Shown here piece after piece: positions 12,001 through 24,500 of a stretch of 64,000 nucleotides of DNA. The position numbers were made by a program, and so were the translations under genes. The DNA is from Catajapyx aquilonaris (Eukaryota), in the NCBI GenBank assembly GCA_000934665.2, contig KZ538581.1, positions 1-64,000 of the forward strand. The letters are read 5' to 3'. The notes below the pieces were generated by a model, which did no database searches, was not told the DNA's origin, and worked only from the letters and a program-made list of their open reading frames with translations. Position 1 is the stretch's first letter; every line of letters begins with the position of its first letter.

Positions 12001-12453
12001 TCACTTTTAATGTTATGCTTTATGGGACCTTAAATGGCAATAGAGGCCCTTTCATTTACTTCAATTTGTTTTATTTTGTGCTTTCCATGATTTTCTTCTT
12101 ATGGAGTGACTTTTCATTCACTCTGATATTGATGAACAAAATGCATAATATTGTTATGCCCTGTCTTCCGCGATATTTGCAGCATGCATCAATCTCCTTC
12201 ACACTTCTGTTGGTGCACATGAATGAATATCGGAGTCGTCAGAGATACTTCAAGTCTATAAGTCGATTAGATTACAAGTGTAGTTCTGTAAATCTCGCAT
12301 CTGTCCTTGAAAATAATGGTACTTTCAGTACCTGCAATTGCGATTACAAGATTTGCTCATGTAATCTGTGCTAGAACGACAGGAACAAAACTTCTTATGT
12401 AAGCGCTGATGTCGCTGTCGCTTCCTACTTCAAACTATAGTCGGAGTTGCAAC

Positions 12454-15270
12454 ATGATTGTTGAGGTAGCACTATTCTTCCTTGTGATCATTTTGTGGCT
12501 CTCTTTACGGAATGGAAAGCCGCACGGATTCCCACCTGGTATTATAGTTATGTGTGCTTTTTATTGGGCAATATGGACAAATTCGCCATCACTTTAACTC
12601 CACAGGTCCTGCAGGGATTCCAATATTTGGATATATGCCATTCCTGTTTAAAAATGCTCACATAACCTTTAAGCAGCTGTCCGAGAAGTATGGTCCCATA
12701 CTTGGCCTCAAACTTGGAGAGAAATGGTAATGTGAACTTCTATCATACACTGTATAGGGGTGGGATCTTAAATTACTTGTCCCATTACCATGGATATTTT
12801 TGGCACTAAGCAGCTTTTTATTCAAAAGTATTACCTACTAATATTTGGTTAGATGTACCTAACCTTTTTTTTTAAACCTTGCAAAGGGGATCTGGCCTGC
12901 ACAAAGTGAGTTATGTCATTGAGGTGAGATGCCAATAATAATTGTTCCAATGGGACATCCCTAATCAGAAAAACTTTGCAGTGCAGAGCAGGAATGGATG
13001 ATCAACTCCCGTGTAATATGAGCAGCTAATACTTCTGATATAATCATTAAAGTAACTATGCAAAAGTCACTGCTTCAATATAAGTAGCTTAGTATCAACA
13101 AATAGCCACAGCAATCGGAATAGTATTTTGGATCACCCTGTGTATAAATTGCATGAGTGAACATGGTACGTTGTCATATGCAGGGTTGTGGTGATTAATG
13201 ATGCCAAAATACTGAGAGAAGCTCTAAAAGAAGATGTGTTTACTGCACGCCCAAATTTTCCTCTCTTTCTCTCGCGTTCTGATGGGAAAAAGGAAGGGAT
13301 CATATTTTCGGATGGAGTTGAATGGCAAGAGCAACGACGATTTGCTTTACGTAATTTACGAGATTTTGGATTTGGCAAATATAACATGGAAGAATATATT
13401 CATGATCAGGTCAACGAACTCCTCAACTCATTTAGGTAAACAAAAACAATTTCATCTAAGCCATATTAAATTATGACTAATATTCAACTTATGATGATGC
13501 CGATTTATTAATACTATATTGTTTTGCAGAAAAGACGCTGGGAAACCAACTGACTTGCGCTTCGCTTTTAACTTGGCTGCAATAAATTCTTTGTGGGTCA
13601 TTATCACAGGCGACAAATTTAATTACGACGATCCAAAATTGAAGCAATTATTTAATGATATTTATATGTAAGAGCCGATTGTAATATGCTATAAAAGTGT
13701 ATTAAATGACTGCACGAGTAACACTTATCTTTGCAGAACTTTCGAAGGAGCAGAGATAACATTAAATCCAGACTTGTATTTTGAATGGCTTATAAATATA
13801 TTTCCAAGATTATTTCGCATTAAGGAGTTTCAGGATGTAACAGAGAGAATCAAATCAATATGCCAGGTATAATATGCATTGATTACATTTGATTCATTTG
13901 TACAAGGTTATAACAACATATTTTCACAGAAATGCATTCAGGAACACAAAGAAACTTTGATTACTGACAGCCCCCGTGACTTTATAGATGTATACCTAAA
14001 GGAAATCCAATCCACATCGCAAACTGATTCGAGCTTTTATGGTAAACGAGGCGGTAAGTAGCATCATTACTCACACCTTAGACGTAACTGATGCAGTAAG
14101 TTGTACGCATATTGCTATTAAATGTGATGCGAAAATAATTTTTACATATACTGATTAGTTCTATTCGTTTTAGAGGAATCGTTGCTTATCGTTATGAACG
14201 ATTTGTTTCTGGCTGGATCAGAAACGACAAGCAGTACACTTTACTGGGCGATATTGTTTCTTCTTCTGAATCCAAGAGTCCAAGAAAAACTCCATAAAGA
14301 GATAGACGAAGTCGTTGGAAGGTCTCGTTTACCTTCTCTGCAAGACAGGACCAGCATGCCATACCTCGACGCATTTATCTTTGAAACCTTGAGACATAGT
14401 TCACTCATTGTTTTTTCTGTTTTTCACGCTACTTCTGAAGATGTTGGTGAGTATAATACCTCTTTTGTAAATCGATTTATTAGACATAGCCCGATCAAGC
14501 TCAAAAGGCAGTTCTGATCAGACGTGTCCATCAGCTATTCAGATGGTTAATACGGTAATATATTTCATGATGCAAGAGATATTTACTAATGATGAGGTTT
14601 TACGGTACTGTCTTAACCACCCCAAGACCAGGACTCCTGGCTGTCGGAGAAAGAGTCAACATTCTCAACTGACGAGGTGGAAATTGTTTTGTGCCAAAGA
14701 ATGGAAGTGGGGGCTGGGGAGACGTAATTTTTTGATAAATATCACAAGCGGGGGGCAGCTCATATCAAGAATTCTGTGTACTGTACCTCTGCCTAGAATC
14801 AGATTTCCAGTTGACTGACAGTAAATACTTGTTTCTCACTTCAGTATTCCACGGGTACCACATTCCGAAGGGAACAACTGTAATTCCAAATTTGTATGCA
14901 ATTCACTACGACGAAAAGCGCTGGGATGATCCAAAAGAATTCCGACCTGAACGTTTCCTTACTCCTGAAGGAACACTCAAGAGAGAGGAAGCTTTAATAC
15001 CTTTTGGCACTGGTAAAATTTCCACAAGTGGCACTCATATCGCAATTATCTATTGAGAGTTTATGAGGACTAAATCGTGATCATTATATTGCAGGCAAAC
15101 GACAGTGCCTGGGGGAAATCCTGGCTCGAGCGGAACTGTTTCTCTTTTTGTCTGGAATTTTACAGAGCTTTAAGTTTGAGATTCCTCATGGAGAGACTCC
15201 TACATTAGAAGAACGTGTTACCTTCAACAGGCAGGCTAAGAGTTACAATGTTGTTTTCAAGGAGAGATAG
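12454..15270 (+). CDS. Cytochrome P450, CYP2 clan, tandem paralog copy 2; 9 coding exons, 488 aa
   Basis: Exons 12454-12538, 12606-12726, 13184-13435, 13530-13667, 13737-13866, 13930-14053, 14174-14446, 14845-15012 and 15095-15270. Exons 1-8 have the same lengths and phases as copy 1. Motifs: WQEQRRFALRNLRDFGFG, AGSETTS, ETLR, PERF, PFGTGKRQCLG. Stop TAG at 15268-15270. Confidence 0.95.
12752..13141. mobile_element. Probable decayed Tc1/mariner non-autonomous element in intron 2 of P450 copy 2
   Basis: Right end TTTTGGATCACCCTGT and a weak left end TATAGGGGTGGGATC. This intron is 457 nt versus 87 nt in copy 1. Confidence 0.35.
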
Positions 15271-16194
15271 ATAAACTCAACTTTCTAAAGCATGAAAAGA
15301 AGTTGTTACCACAGTTTTGACATTGTAATCGACATTGTGTGCAATGATGGCTAATATTTGATTAATATACTTGCGGATGTGCAGGTAAATAGAGAGTTAC
15401 GTACTGTATGATTGAGTGTTAAAATAATCTCATAAAAGGCCCCAGTAGGCCTTTCACGGGGAATCCAATTTTAAGAAATATAATTACCGGTATGCCTACT
15501 TGTATGCTTATGGATGAACCTTTCCTAAAGAGTAAAATACTATGAAATGGAGCTGAACAGTTTCGTTGCTTATGTAGTGTGTCCCAAGTCAACTGAATTA
15601 CCCGTAGTGGTTAGGGATTTTTTGGCACCAACCGGCTTATTTACCCAAGAAGTTACTTTTAGGGCCGCCAGCGCCACCTCAGACTGCAAGGGGGTAATCA
15701 CTCAACTGAAAAGTGTACACTGGAGTACCAAATTCAAGGGGTACCAAGGAGTAATAAAGAGTGAGGTACCTGAGGAGTACCAGGGAGTACCACTCGCAGG
15801 TGTACACCGGAGTACGGAAGTGGTTACCCCCTTGTCAGACTGTCTCCAAATTTGGAAAATGCCTGTACTTTTTCCGTGCATTATTTTGCAATGCAGCAGT
15901 GTTTTCAAATGTCAATTGCAGACAACGTATTTATTTGAACTATATTGTACTGTATGCTGCACTTGTAGATTCCTGTAATATGAAGGAAAAAATATCAGAA
16001 ACGGAAATTGTCACAAACATTATGTTGCACATCTGTGGCGCTGCAACCTATTACATCTAATACGTAATACATGATTGTCATTGTGAATGTACACTGTACA
16101 GTATGTCTGTCAATTTGTCTGTTCTCAATGTAAAACAATATGGAACGCTATAGAAATGTCCAAGGAGGGTTTAATAGGGGTACCCTTTTGATCT

Positions 16195-16379
16195 TGTCAC
16201 TTTGGTTCGAAGAAAAAAAAGAAAAGAAAAAAAGAACTTACTATGGTTCGAATTTCGAGGCGATAAAAAGGGAGCAGTTGTGGAACCGGCCGTCTCCTTC
16301 AGAATATGCTCTTTTTTCAATTGCTAAAAATCTTTGCAACCCCCTCCATAAGCGGTGTATGTGGTGGTGTCCTCTGACA
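16195..16379. repeat. LTR-like direct repeat, copy 1 (TGTCA...TGACA)
   Basis: Nearly identical to 18172-18346. Confidence 0.85.
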
Positions 16380-17197
16380 TGTGTCCATTGGATTTGACGT
16401 CCGAGGTCATATTAGGTCACAACCAATTGGACACAACTAAGAGGAGCTCCAAACAAAATCAGCCATCTCCAACAGTGGGAAAAAATGAGTTTGAAGTGGC
16501 ATGTGATTCTCCATGTTGTCCTCTACCTAATATCCAAATATGGTGTAGCACAGCCACATACAAATGGGTGCAAAATGGCTCCAAATATGAGTATCCTAAG
16601 CAAAAACAGCTAAATCCAACTTATCCAAGCCATGAAATTGGTTTGTTTCATGCAAAAGCAGCTAGCTGCAAGTTTGTGTACATAACAAGCCAGCTCCAAT
16701 GCGATAAATTTTTCCGTAATGTTAAATTTAGTTTTTTTCGTATCTATATGAAACATATACATGAAACCGTCGCATGAAACTGTCTCATGAAACTGTCTCA
16801 TGAGTGGTGGAATCAGCATTTTAACACTCTCCATATTAGTGTTAAAAAATAACTTATGCGAAAAAACCACTTTTTTTCAAGCAAAACCAGATATATCCAG
16901 AGGATTCGAAGCATAACCAGCTTCAGTACATCCAAACCGACCTCTGGGGCTAAACTACCAGTACAAGATTTTCAAAACTTACATTAAAATGCATAAAAAT
17001 GCCATCTCATGACTCTCCCCCTATCAGCCACTTTCAGTTTGCAACCATTTCCAAATGACAGGTTTTTCTCCTCAATACAATAATTTCTTATTATGGAGTT
17101 AGCTGCTTTTGCTTTCGACCTCCTTTGTGATTTACATCGGGAAATGTCTGGTAACGTGCTCGCAAGAGATATACGTCATACATCATTTCACTATACC

Positions 17198-17458
17198 TGA
17201 TGTAATGGAATTCCCTTTTGACTTGTGTGACACACCCATTTGTTGTGTGTACTGATAAGAATTATGTTGGCCACTGAGGTGAGAGCTTGTGAGATAGAGA
17301 CAGACAGACCACCTTGGGGAGCGGTTGTGCAACCGCGGAGTCCAGACGCTGTATTTTGGCCACTGACCAGACCGTTCACACTGTGAGTGTTGACAAGGAC
17401 AATATATTATATCCACAAAACCATCGTTGTGGGACGTTATTTGGGGTACCTCGTTACA
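17198..17458 (-). mobile_element. Solo LTR
   Basis: TG...CA ends with inverted termini (TGTAATGGAATTCCC / GGGGTACCTCGTTACA) and a 5-bp TSD ATACC at 17193-17197 and 17459-17463. Strand is tentative. Confidence 0.65.
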
Positions 17459-18171
17459 ATACCTTAATCTACAGCAAGAGGCCAACCAACAATGCTGCAT
17501 GAAAATATTTCTAGGACGCGCAGATTTTGAAATATTCAAGGAAGAATCTTGTTCGATTTAAAAATATTGTAACAACTAAACCGCTAAATCCCCTCATCTC
17601 TGTTGACCTTGAGGGCCGCTAAGGGAAATGTTTGGTAAAATCACTGTTTAAAACCGCCTTAATGTAAAATTCAAGAGCACGCCCGATGATGACTGGTCGT
17701 TAGAATGACTCATATATAACTGTTAAACTGTTAAATACATTACTAAAGCATTCCGAACAGTATTTATTTATTTTATCTTATTTTTATTGCCCAAAAGAAG
17801 TGCTTAACTGCTTAAGCCATTGGGAAATAGAACAGTATTTAAAAATAATTCATACGGAAAACTTTGCGAAAAAGAAAGTGATTTGCGACTTTAGTACAAA
17901 GATTGGCCACCAATTTAATAACCATTGAAAATAATTGGGCCCCGAGTCTTTGGTTGCTGTTCGGTTAAGAAGGTGACATGAAGGGGGAAAAATGTAACAA
18001 TGTGGTATACCATCAGTTACTTGTAACGGTTCCAAGCATATGAAAAGTATTCCGATGGGTGCTTTTTGCTCTATTGGGAGAAGCAACAAACCCCATCTGT
18101 TGTATTGTTATTGACGTGGAAGAGGCGAAAGAACATTGAATGTCTGCGTATCGGGCTTCTCTGGATGACTA

Positions 18172-18346
18172 TGCCACTTTGGTTCGAAGAAAAAAAGAAA
18201 AAAAGAACTTACTATGGTTCGAATTTCGAGGCGATAAAAATGGCGCAGTTGTGGAACCGTCTCCTTCAGAATATGCTCTTTTTTCGATTGCTAAAAATCT
18301 TTGTAACCCCCTCCATAAGCTGTGTATGTGGTGGTTCCCTCTGACA
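18172..18346. repeat. LTR-like direct repeat, copy 2 (TGCCA...TGACA)
   Basis: Nearly identical to 16195-16379. Confidence 0.85.
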
Positions 18347-18789
18347 AGGAAAACGACTGGGAAAACTCCAGCGACCCCACCAGAGGATAATAAACAAAAT
18401 GCCATACCGGCAGTGTCTTGTAAGGACCACAGGCCTACCATCAGCGACGCATGCCTGAGAGGGGCGGTGCCCGGTCATTCAATAATGCGCCATGATAAGC
18501 GTGATATCAAAATAAACCTGGAGTAAAATATATATCACCAAAATAGTGGTTTCTAAAGTTATACAAATCACTGAATATGGAAGCGGCATTACATGAACGG
18601 TTATTGGCCACCTTTGTATCGAAATGACTTTAAAGATTTTGGTTAAAAATGTAGCTAAAACAGTTTTTATGCTTCAAGCGGAATCTTAGTAGATTCATGC
18701 ACTCAAGGGCTTTAAATTGAGGAAATAATGAGTATTTTGGGACATGAGGTTGCTCATTATATACAGTAATAGTAAGAAAATTTTGCTAT

Positions 18790-19730
18790 TGTGTGCAGGA
18801 GTATTGCTTTAATGCTAATGACAAACTAGTCAGACAAACCTTCACTAGTTCTAACACCAAGAGCTATTCATTAACTCTTGCTAACCCAAGCTCTACAGTA
18901 CTCTCGGACTACAAATACTTCATAGCCCCAACAAGAATCTCTGTTCACTCCATATGGAGACTCAAAAGTCAAAACATCCACAAACTTTGTCCACTCACTG
19001 TGTCACATGCTTTTTTAAATATACAAACACAACAAGAGCCTTCATGTTAAGTGCTAGATTTTGATCTATTTCATGCCTCAGACAAAATGATCAATGCATC
19101 TCTTACCTGGCATAAACACACTCTGGATATTCAGTATCCTCTGACTGGTAACTTTGCCACTCACTCTTTATAAAAAACACTTCCCCTGAAACACTTAGCA
19201 GACTGATGGCACAAAAATTCAGTGTCACCTCCCCCCCCCCCCCCCCCNCGCGCATCCCCCTTTCTATTCTCTTGATTAACGGCGTAATACACAGCACCCC
19301 TCCAACCCTATAGGTACTACAGCAGTACACCTTCTTCAAACAAAACCCTACACTTTGCACAAAAAAAAATCACCACATCCTCACGACTACAAGATATAGT
19401 CACCAATTCCTAAGGAATGGTATCAATCCCACGGGATTTATTTAGCTTACTCTTAAGACAGCACTTTCATCTTCCTTCTTACCAATATCATATCCATAAC
19501 CATTAGGTCCATCGTCCCCAATGAAATACAGAAACATCATCACCAGCCTTAGAATCTTACTGTCGACTAGTCCTTTCCCCAATGATCCTTCACTTCTCTG
19601 ACACCCTTATTATTCTTCCTACCCCCTATGATAGCCCTCAGGACTAGTTCTCACCTTCCTAACCTAAGACTCCTTTCAAAGTGACAACCTCAATGAAGGC
19701 CTTTACCAGTCCATCACTCTCAGCTGATTC
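18790..19730 (-). mobile_element. Decayed RTE-clade LINE reverse transcriptase fragment
   Basis: Minus-strand motifs in order, with stops: GIDTIP*EL, CITPLIK, NFCAISLLSVSGEVF (compare NYRGISLLSVPGKVF), VVFVYLKKACDTV..QSLW (compare FVDLEKAYD.V.R..LW), GAMKYL*SES. Confidence 0.75.
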
Positions 19731-20566
19731 TAACCTCCTCTCACAACACAGTCATAGCCTACAATAGAGCAGAAGTGTGAGAATGCCCAAAATGTCACTT
19801 CCGGGCGTGTGTGTTTGTTAGTGAATTCAGATGCAGCATCGAGCGGAGAAGGCAGATTTACGAAGACGGGAGTCAGCTCTAAAGTTTCTCTGGGGCAGAT
19901 ATACTGTACCGCTGAAATCCAAACCTTCATAGCCATGTATATTAGCTTGATAATCAGTATTGAACAAGGTTTAGCTCATTCCGCGCCATTAAGAAAACGA
20001 CAGCAGTTTAAAAAAATGTACGGCACATTTCCAAAAACGTGTCAGAGTGCACCACTGATCACCTCTGCTTAGGCTACATGAGACATGCGTAAAGAGGTTG
20101 ACATAATATTATGAATCAAAATAATATTAGTCAAAACTTGGAATAGTCATGAAATGACCAGATTTATAGAGTAAAATTTTTTATCTTCCAATAGGCCTAC
20201 ACTGGAGAAGGGGACTCTTAAATGGTAAGCTGGCTCATAAAACGAATATGATGTAGTCAGCAGTTATCACAGAGCTTATGGAAAATGAAGGACATTTACG
20301 TAAACCAATGTAATGATTTGAAATGCCTTTATTTAGCGGTAGAATCAAACACACGACCTCATTTCTTAAATTGGTATGCTCTCAGATTTAGCCTTCAGTG
20401 ATGCTGTGCACAAAGATTTAATAAAATGTGGACGACCTCAACCTATTGCATGAAATGCACGTACTGTGCGTACTTCTTCAGATTGTATTACCCTAATAAT
20501 ACACTGTCCGTCGTATATAATATTATAGAATACTAGATTCGGATATGCTACTAAGATACTAAAATC

Positions 20567-20608
20567 ACACGACACGACACGACACGACATGACATGACAT
20601 GACATGAC
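20567..20608. repeat. Compound pentanucleotide microsatellite (ACACG)n/(ACATG)n
   Basis: Read directly. Confidence 0.85.
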
Positions 20609-21187
20609 AATCTAGCTGGGTTCACATGGGCGTCTTTGTGGCTGTCTTTCGTCCCTGTTGTTGCATAGACTGAAGTTGGATCCCCCACCCTCTACTCAAG
20701 CACACTAACCGGTTCCATAGTTTCACTCTAAACCGGTCTAGTCTCAAGCTAGCCCCGTGGACTATAGTGTCGGTTCAGCCCATTATTTTCAAGAGTCCTG
20801 TCCCCAAGCTATCTCTTGCACTTATAGCCTACATGTCTGAAAATGACTCATTTGTTCCTTTCTGATTGAAAACGCCCAAAATCCATGATGGCCGACTGTA
20901 AAAACACGCTCCAATTGGCTCCAATTACACATTACCGATTCGAAACACCAAAATTCATGATGGCTGCCGTTTACGACTCTTCTATTGGCTTAATTCAAAT
21001 GCTGAAATTTTTAAGCCGCAAAAATGACGAAAGTCCAAATACTTTGTGTTTTAAAACACGCACGGCCTGTTTCCACCGGCATAATTTTTGAGCACAAAAG
21101 GACAAAAATAGAGCACAAAATCAAGGAGAGATTCTTGAACGGAAAACCTGCAGAACTCTCGAAAATCTTACTGAAAAGGTCGAAATA

Positions 21188-21528
21188 CAGTGGAGCATCG
21201 ATTATCCGAACACCGATCAACCGAACCATCGGTTAACCGAACGTTTTCAGGTCGGCAAAAAACAAAAAAACAACAAAAAAACGCATTTTTTTCTCCCCTA
21301 AACTGCAGGACTACTTCATGTAAGGACAGTATGGTACATGTACAGTATTTTTAAGACGTGACTGTGACAGAAAATATACAGTTTTGTGGTTAATATCACT
21401 GTTTCTTAGTTTCATATTGCTCCTATGACACCGGTACAATTTTTTTCCGTAAATGATCGGTTATCCGAACAATCAGTTATCCGAACTCCCCCTTGGCAGA
21501 CTCTGTTCGGATAATCGATGCTCCACTG
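21188..21528. mobile_element. pogo/Tigger-type MITE with intact ends
   Basis: Perfect 25-bp TIR CAGTGGAGCATCGATTATCCGAACA, TA TSD on both sides, subterminal TTATCCGAAC repeats. Confidence 0.92.
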
Positions 21529-24500
21529 TAGTCACTAATATAGGCGCTAATAGGCCATTTAAGTTCCAACACCCGAAATAGCTGCATTTTTAGGTTCTAT
21601 AAAACTACGATTTTTGTGGTCCTTGTGTTATGAAACGGATATACAGTATATTTTGGTTCCGGAGCAGCGTTCTGCCTACGAAATAAAAAGTAGGTAAAAA
21701 CCTAGAAATCCGTTCTCTACCTATAACATACAGGAATATATTAGGTATAGGAAACAAGAAGTTGATTTGTATGGCATTGAACATTCTCTCTGACCTATAG
21801 ATGTCCTTAATGACTGAAGAAGTCACGTATTCTGGACCTAATGTTCCATGCCGTAATTGTCTGTTTTGTGGTCGCCTTTAGCTCCAGGGATCAGAATTCT
21901 CCCCTTCGGGTGGCTGGTGTTGTTTAACTTACCTCGCCTCTTCCTCTTTCATTATTTACAGAGGTATTAAACTAACCTCGTAACCATTCCTTTGATAGCG
22001 TTCGGTAGGATTTCTGGGCTAATTACTTGAGCTGCTTAGGGACTTTGCCTTAAAGCCTGCAGGGCCCAGTTGCGACAGAACCTGGGACGGAAGCAACTGA
22101 TGCTTCCTTCCTGCCTTCCTTCCTTACTACCTTCCTTCCTTCCTTCCTCATTGAGAATTTTCTCTAATGCTTCATTTGGGTTTCTTGTTTCTAGCCTTCA
22201 CTTTCTCACTGCCTCAGGTATTTACATCAACCAGACGGCACCCAAGTGGAATTTTGCTCGTTGCCCTGCCCACTGCAACTTTTTCAGGGCACCAGCATAC
22301 CCCCAGGAAGCCGCGCAATCCAGCACTGCATTAGTCGGCTTCAGTTCAGGTCGAAATCTGGCCCGGATTCTTCAGATTCCTGCCGCGTCCCGGATTCCTC
22401 CGGAACAAGCGCAAGGAGGCTCGATGGGCGGGGGAGGGGAGAGAATAGAGGAAAGAAAGAGACTGTTCAATAAGGCAAGCAGTGGTTCACTCATCATTTC
22501 TGCGTGAACCTTCACTGAACTTCCATTGGATATTTACAGGTAGGCCTACATTCAACAAGTGGCTTTGCGTTAGGAACAAAAATAAGGGCTCTTATATACC
22601 TGACATTTTACTGGATAGTCATTTTTTATAACGAACTGTTGAATAATTGCACACGTACAGTAAGCTTTTAGATCCTAATGAAAAGCATTGTTACGCTATT
22701 TTTCTGCATTAGCTACAAACTGAGATTGACCAATATTAAATCTCAGATAAACACCCAGTTGCTTTTAATTGGTTTTTTGTTGAAAATCAAACCTCTTGCA
22801 TATTATTTGCATGCCACTAGATATCCTTGGAGCATGTGCAGCATCAGATGCAGGTTGAGGCTGACAAGGTGGATTTGGTACAGTCAGTATATAAAGCCGA
22901 ATTGAAAGGCCGACATTTGTACTCCCTCATCCCTTGTTGAAAAGCCGGTGGGTATAGCGAGCGCCCTTTGGCTGCTACCTCGTCGAGGCTCCGGCAAATG
23001 ACACGCACGCTAAGTTCAAATGTCAGCGTTGGCATATTGAGGATTTCAAAAGCGCTACCTCTCCACAATCATCCGATTGACACGTGGCGAAAGTCCAACA
23101 CTTTTTTCGCCTTACTCAAGCAGACCAAAAAACCCCCAAGTTTGCACGCCACGGATGGTTGGAAGCGTTCCCAAAAAATGCATAAAAATGTGCCACTTTT
23201 GTGCCCCATATCGGTAGCTAAAGGCTTCTACTGGTCTACTTGTATACCAATACTGCCATTTACAGAATTTTACCAATGATATTTTTGAAGGATATCACAT
23301 GTTGCTGAATGGCAGCTGCTGTACAATACGTACGTATATAGGCCCTGTAGTTATGATTTGACGCACTTTATACAACAGGCTAATGAAGGGTGATTGGAGA
23401 ACAGTGTCATGTAGCCTAAATAATCATAATCATAATGTTTCAGCTTTATGAATCCTCGTGTCATTATTGATGTGCTTAAATAGTAGAAAGAACTGGAAGA
23501 CCACGAAAAAACCACAGGAGCACCTTCTCTCGGTCCTTCACAAAGGAGAAAGAAGAGTATAAGTGTGACGTATAGCATTTCGGTAAAAAAGCGGAAAGAA
23601 TGACCCAGCAACAGAAAGTGACGGAGACGGAATAATATATTTTATACCCAGACCTTCCGTTTATATTAGTTATATTAGTTTCCAAATCTACAATGTAACG
23701 CATGTTGCTTATAGGTTTTTTGAAAGATCAGTCACATTTCGACTGGAACGAATTTGGCATTGTGTAATATATGATATCTTATAATGATTCATACAAGATT
23801 CTAGATAAATTCCTGGACACCAGAGGATAATGTACAGGTGGAATAGTGTACATAATGTGATCCTCTATGCCTCGGAGCTCCATCCTATAGATTTGCCTGT
23901 TCTGCATTTTAGGTCATCAAATGAATATTATGTAAGAATACTATAAAAGTTAAACCCCATTCTACAGCAGGCCTATATCAGGTCACCTGATGGCGATGTA
24001 CTGTACAGCCTTCCCAGTTACTCATCCTCGAAACACTTTTTCGATTCAAAAACTGGAGCTGCTTTGATACAAACTCAAGGTTGAGAAATGAGAACACGCC
24101 AAGAGATACGCGTATGCTGTCATGTATACTGTATGCACATGTCGGCCAGCAGTCAGTTTCCACGAGGGCACCAAGGGCTTTTCCCAAGGCATGGGGAGAC
24201 CAGCGCTCTGTCACACTCCACACACGAGTGGTAGAGGATGTGTGCCCGCCCCATCGGACAACTTGTAAATTGCTGCTGGTGTGTCACCACACACCTCCCT
24301 TGAAAAAAAAAAATCCTCTGCCACTTCCAGAATTCCAGCATGTTGTAGTGCCATCATGTGGAAAAGGCTGGTGAAAAGTAACTAAAAGTGCAGCTACAAT
24401 GAAAATAAACAATCTTCCTGGTTAGATGCGCCATGATTTATTTATTTCATCAAGATACTGCAGGCTTTGGAAACGTCACTCGTTACTTTGATCCTATGTA

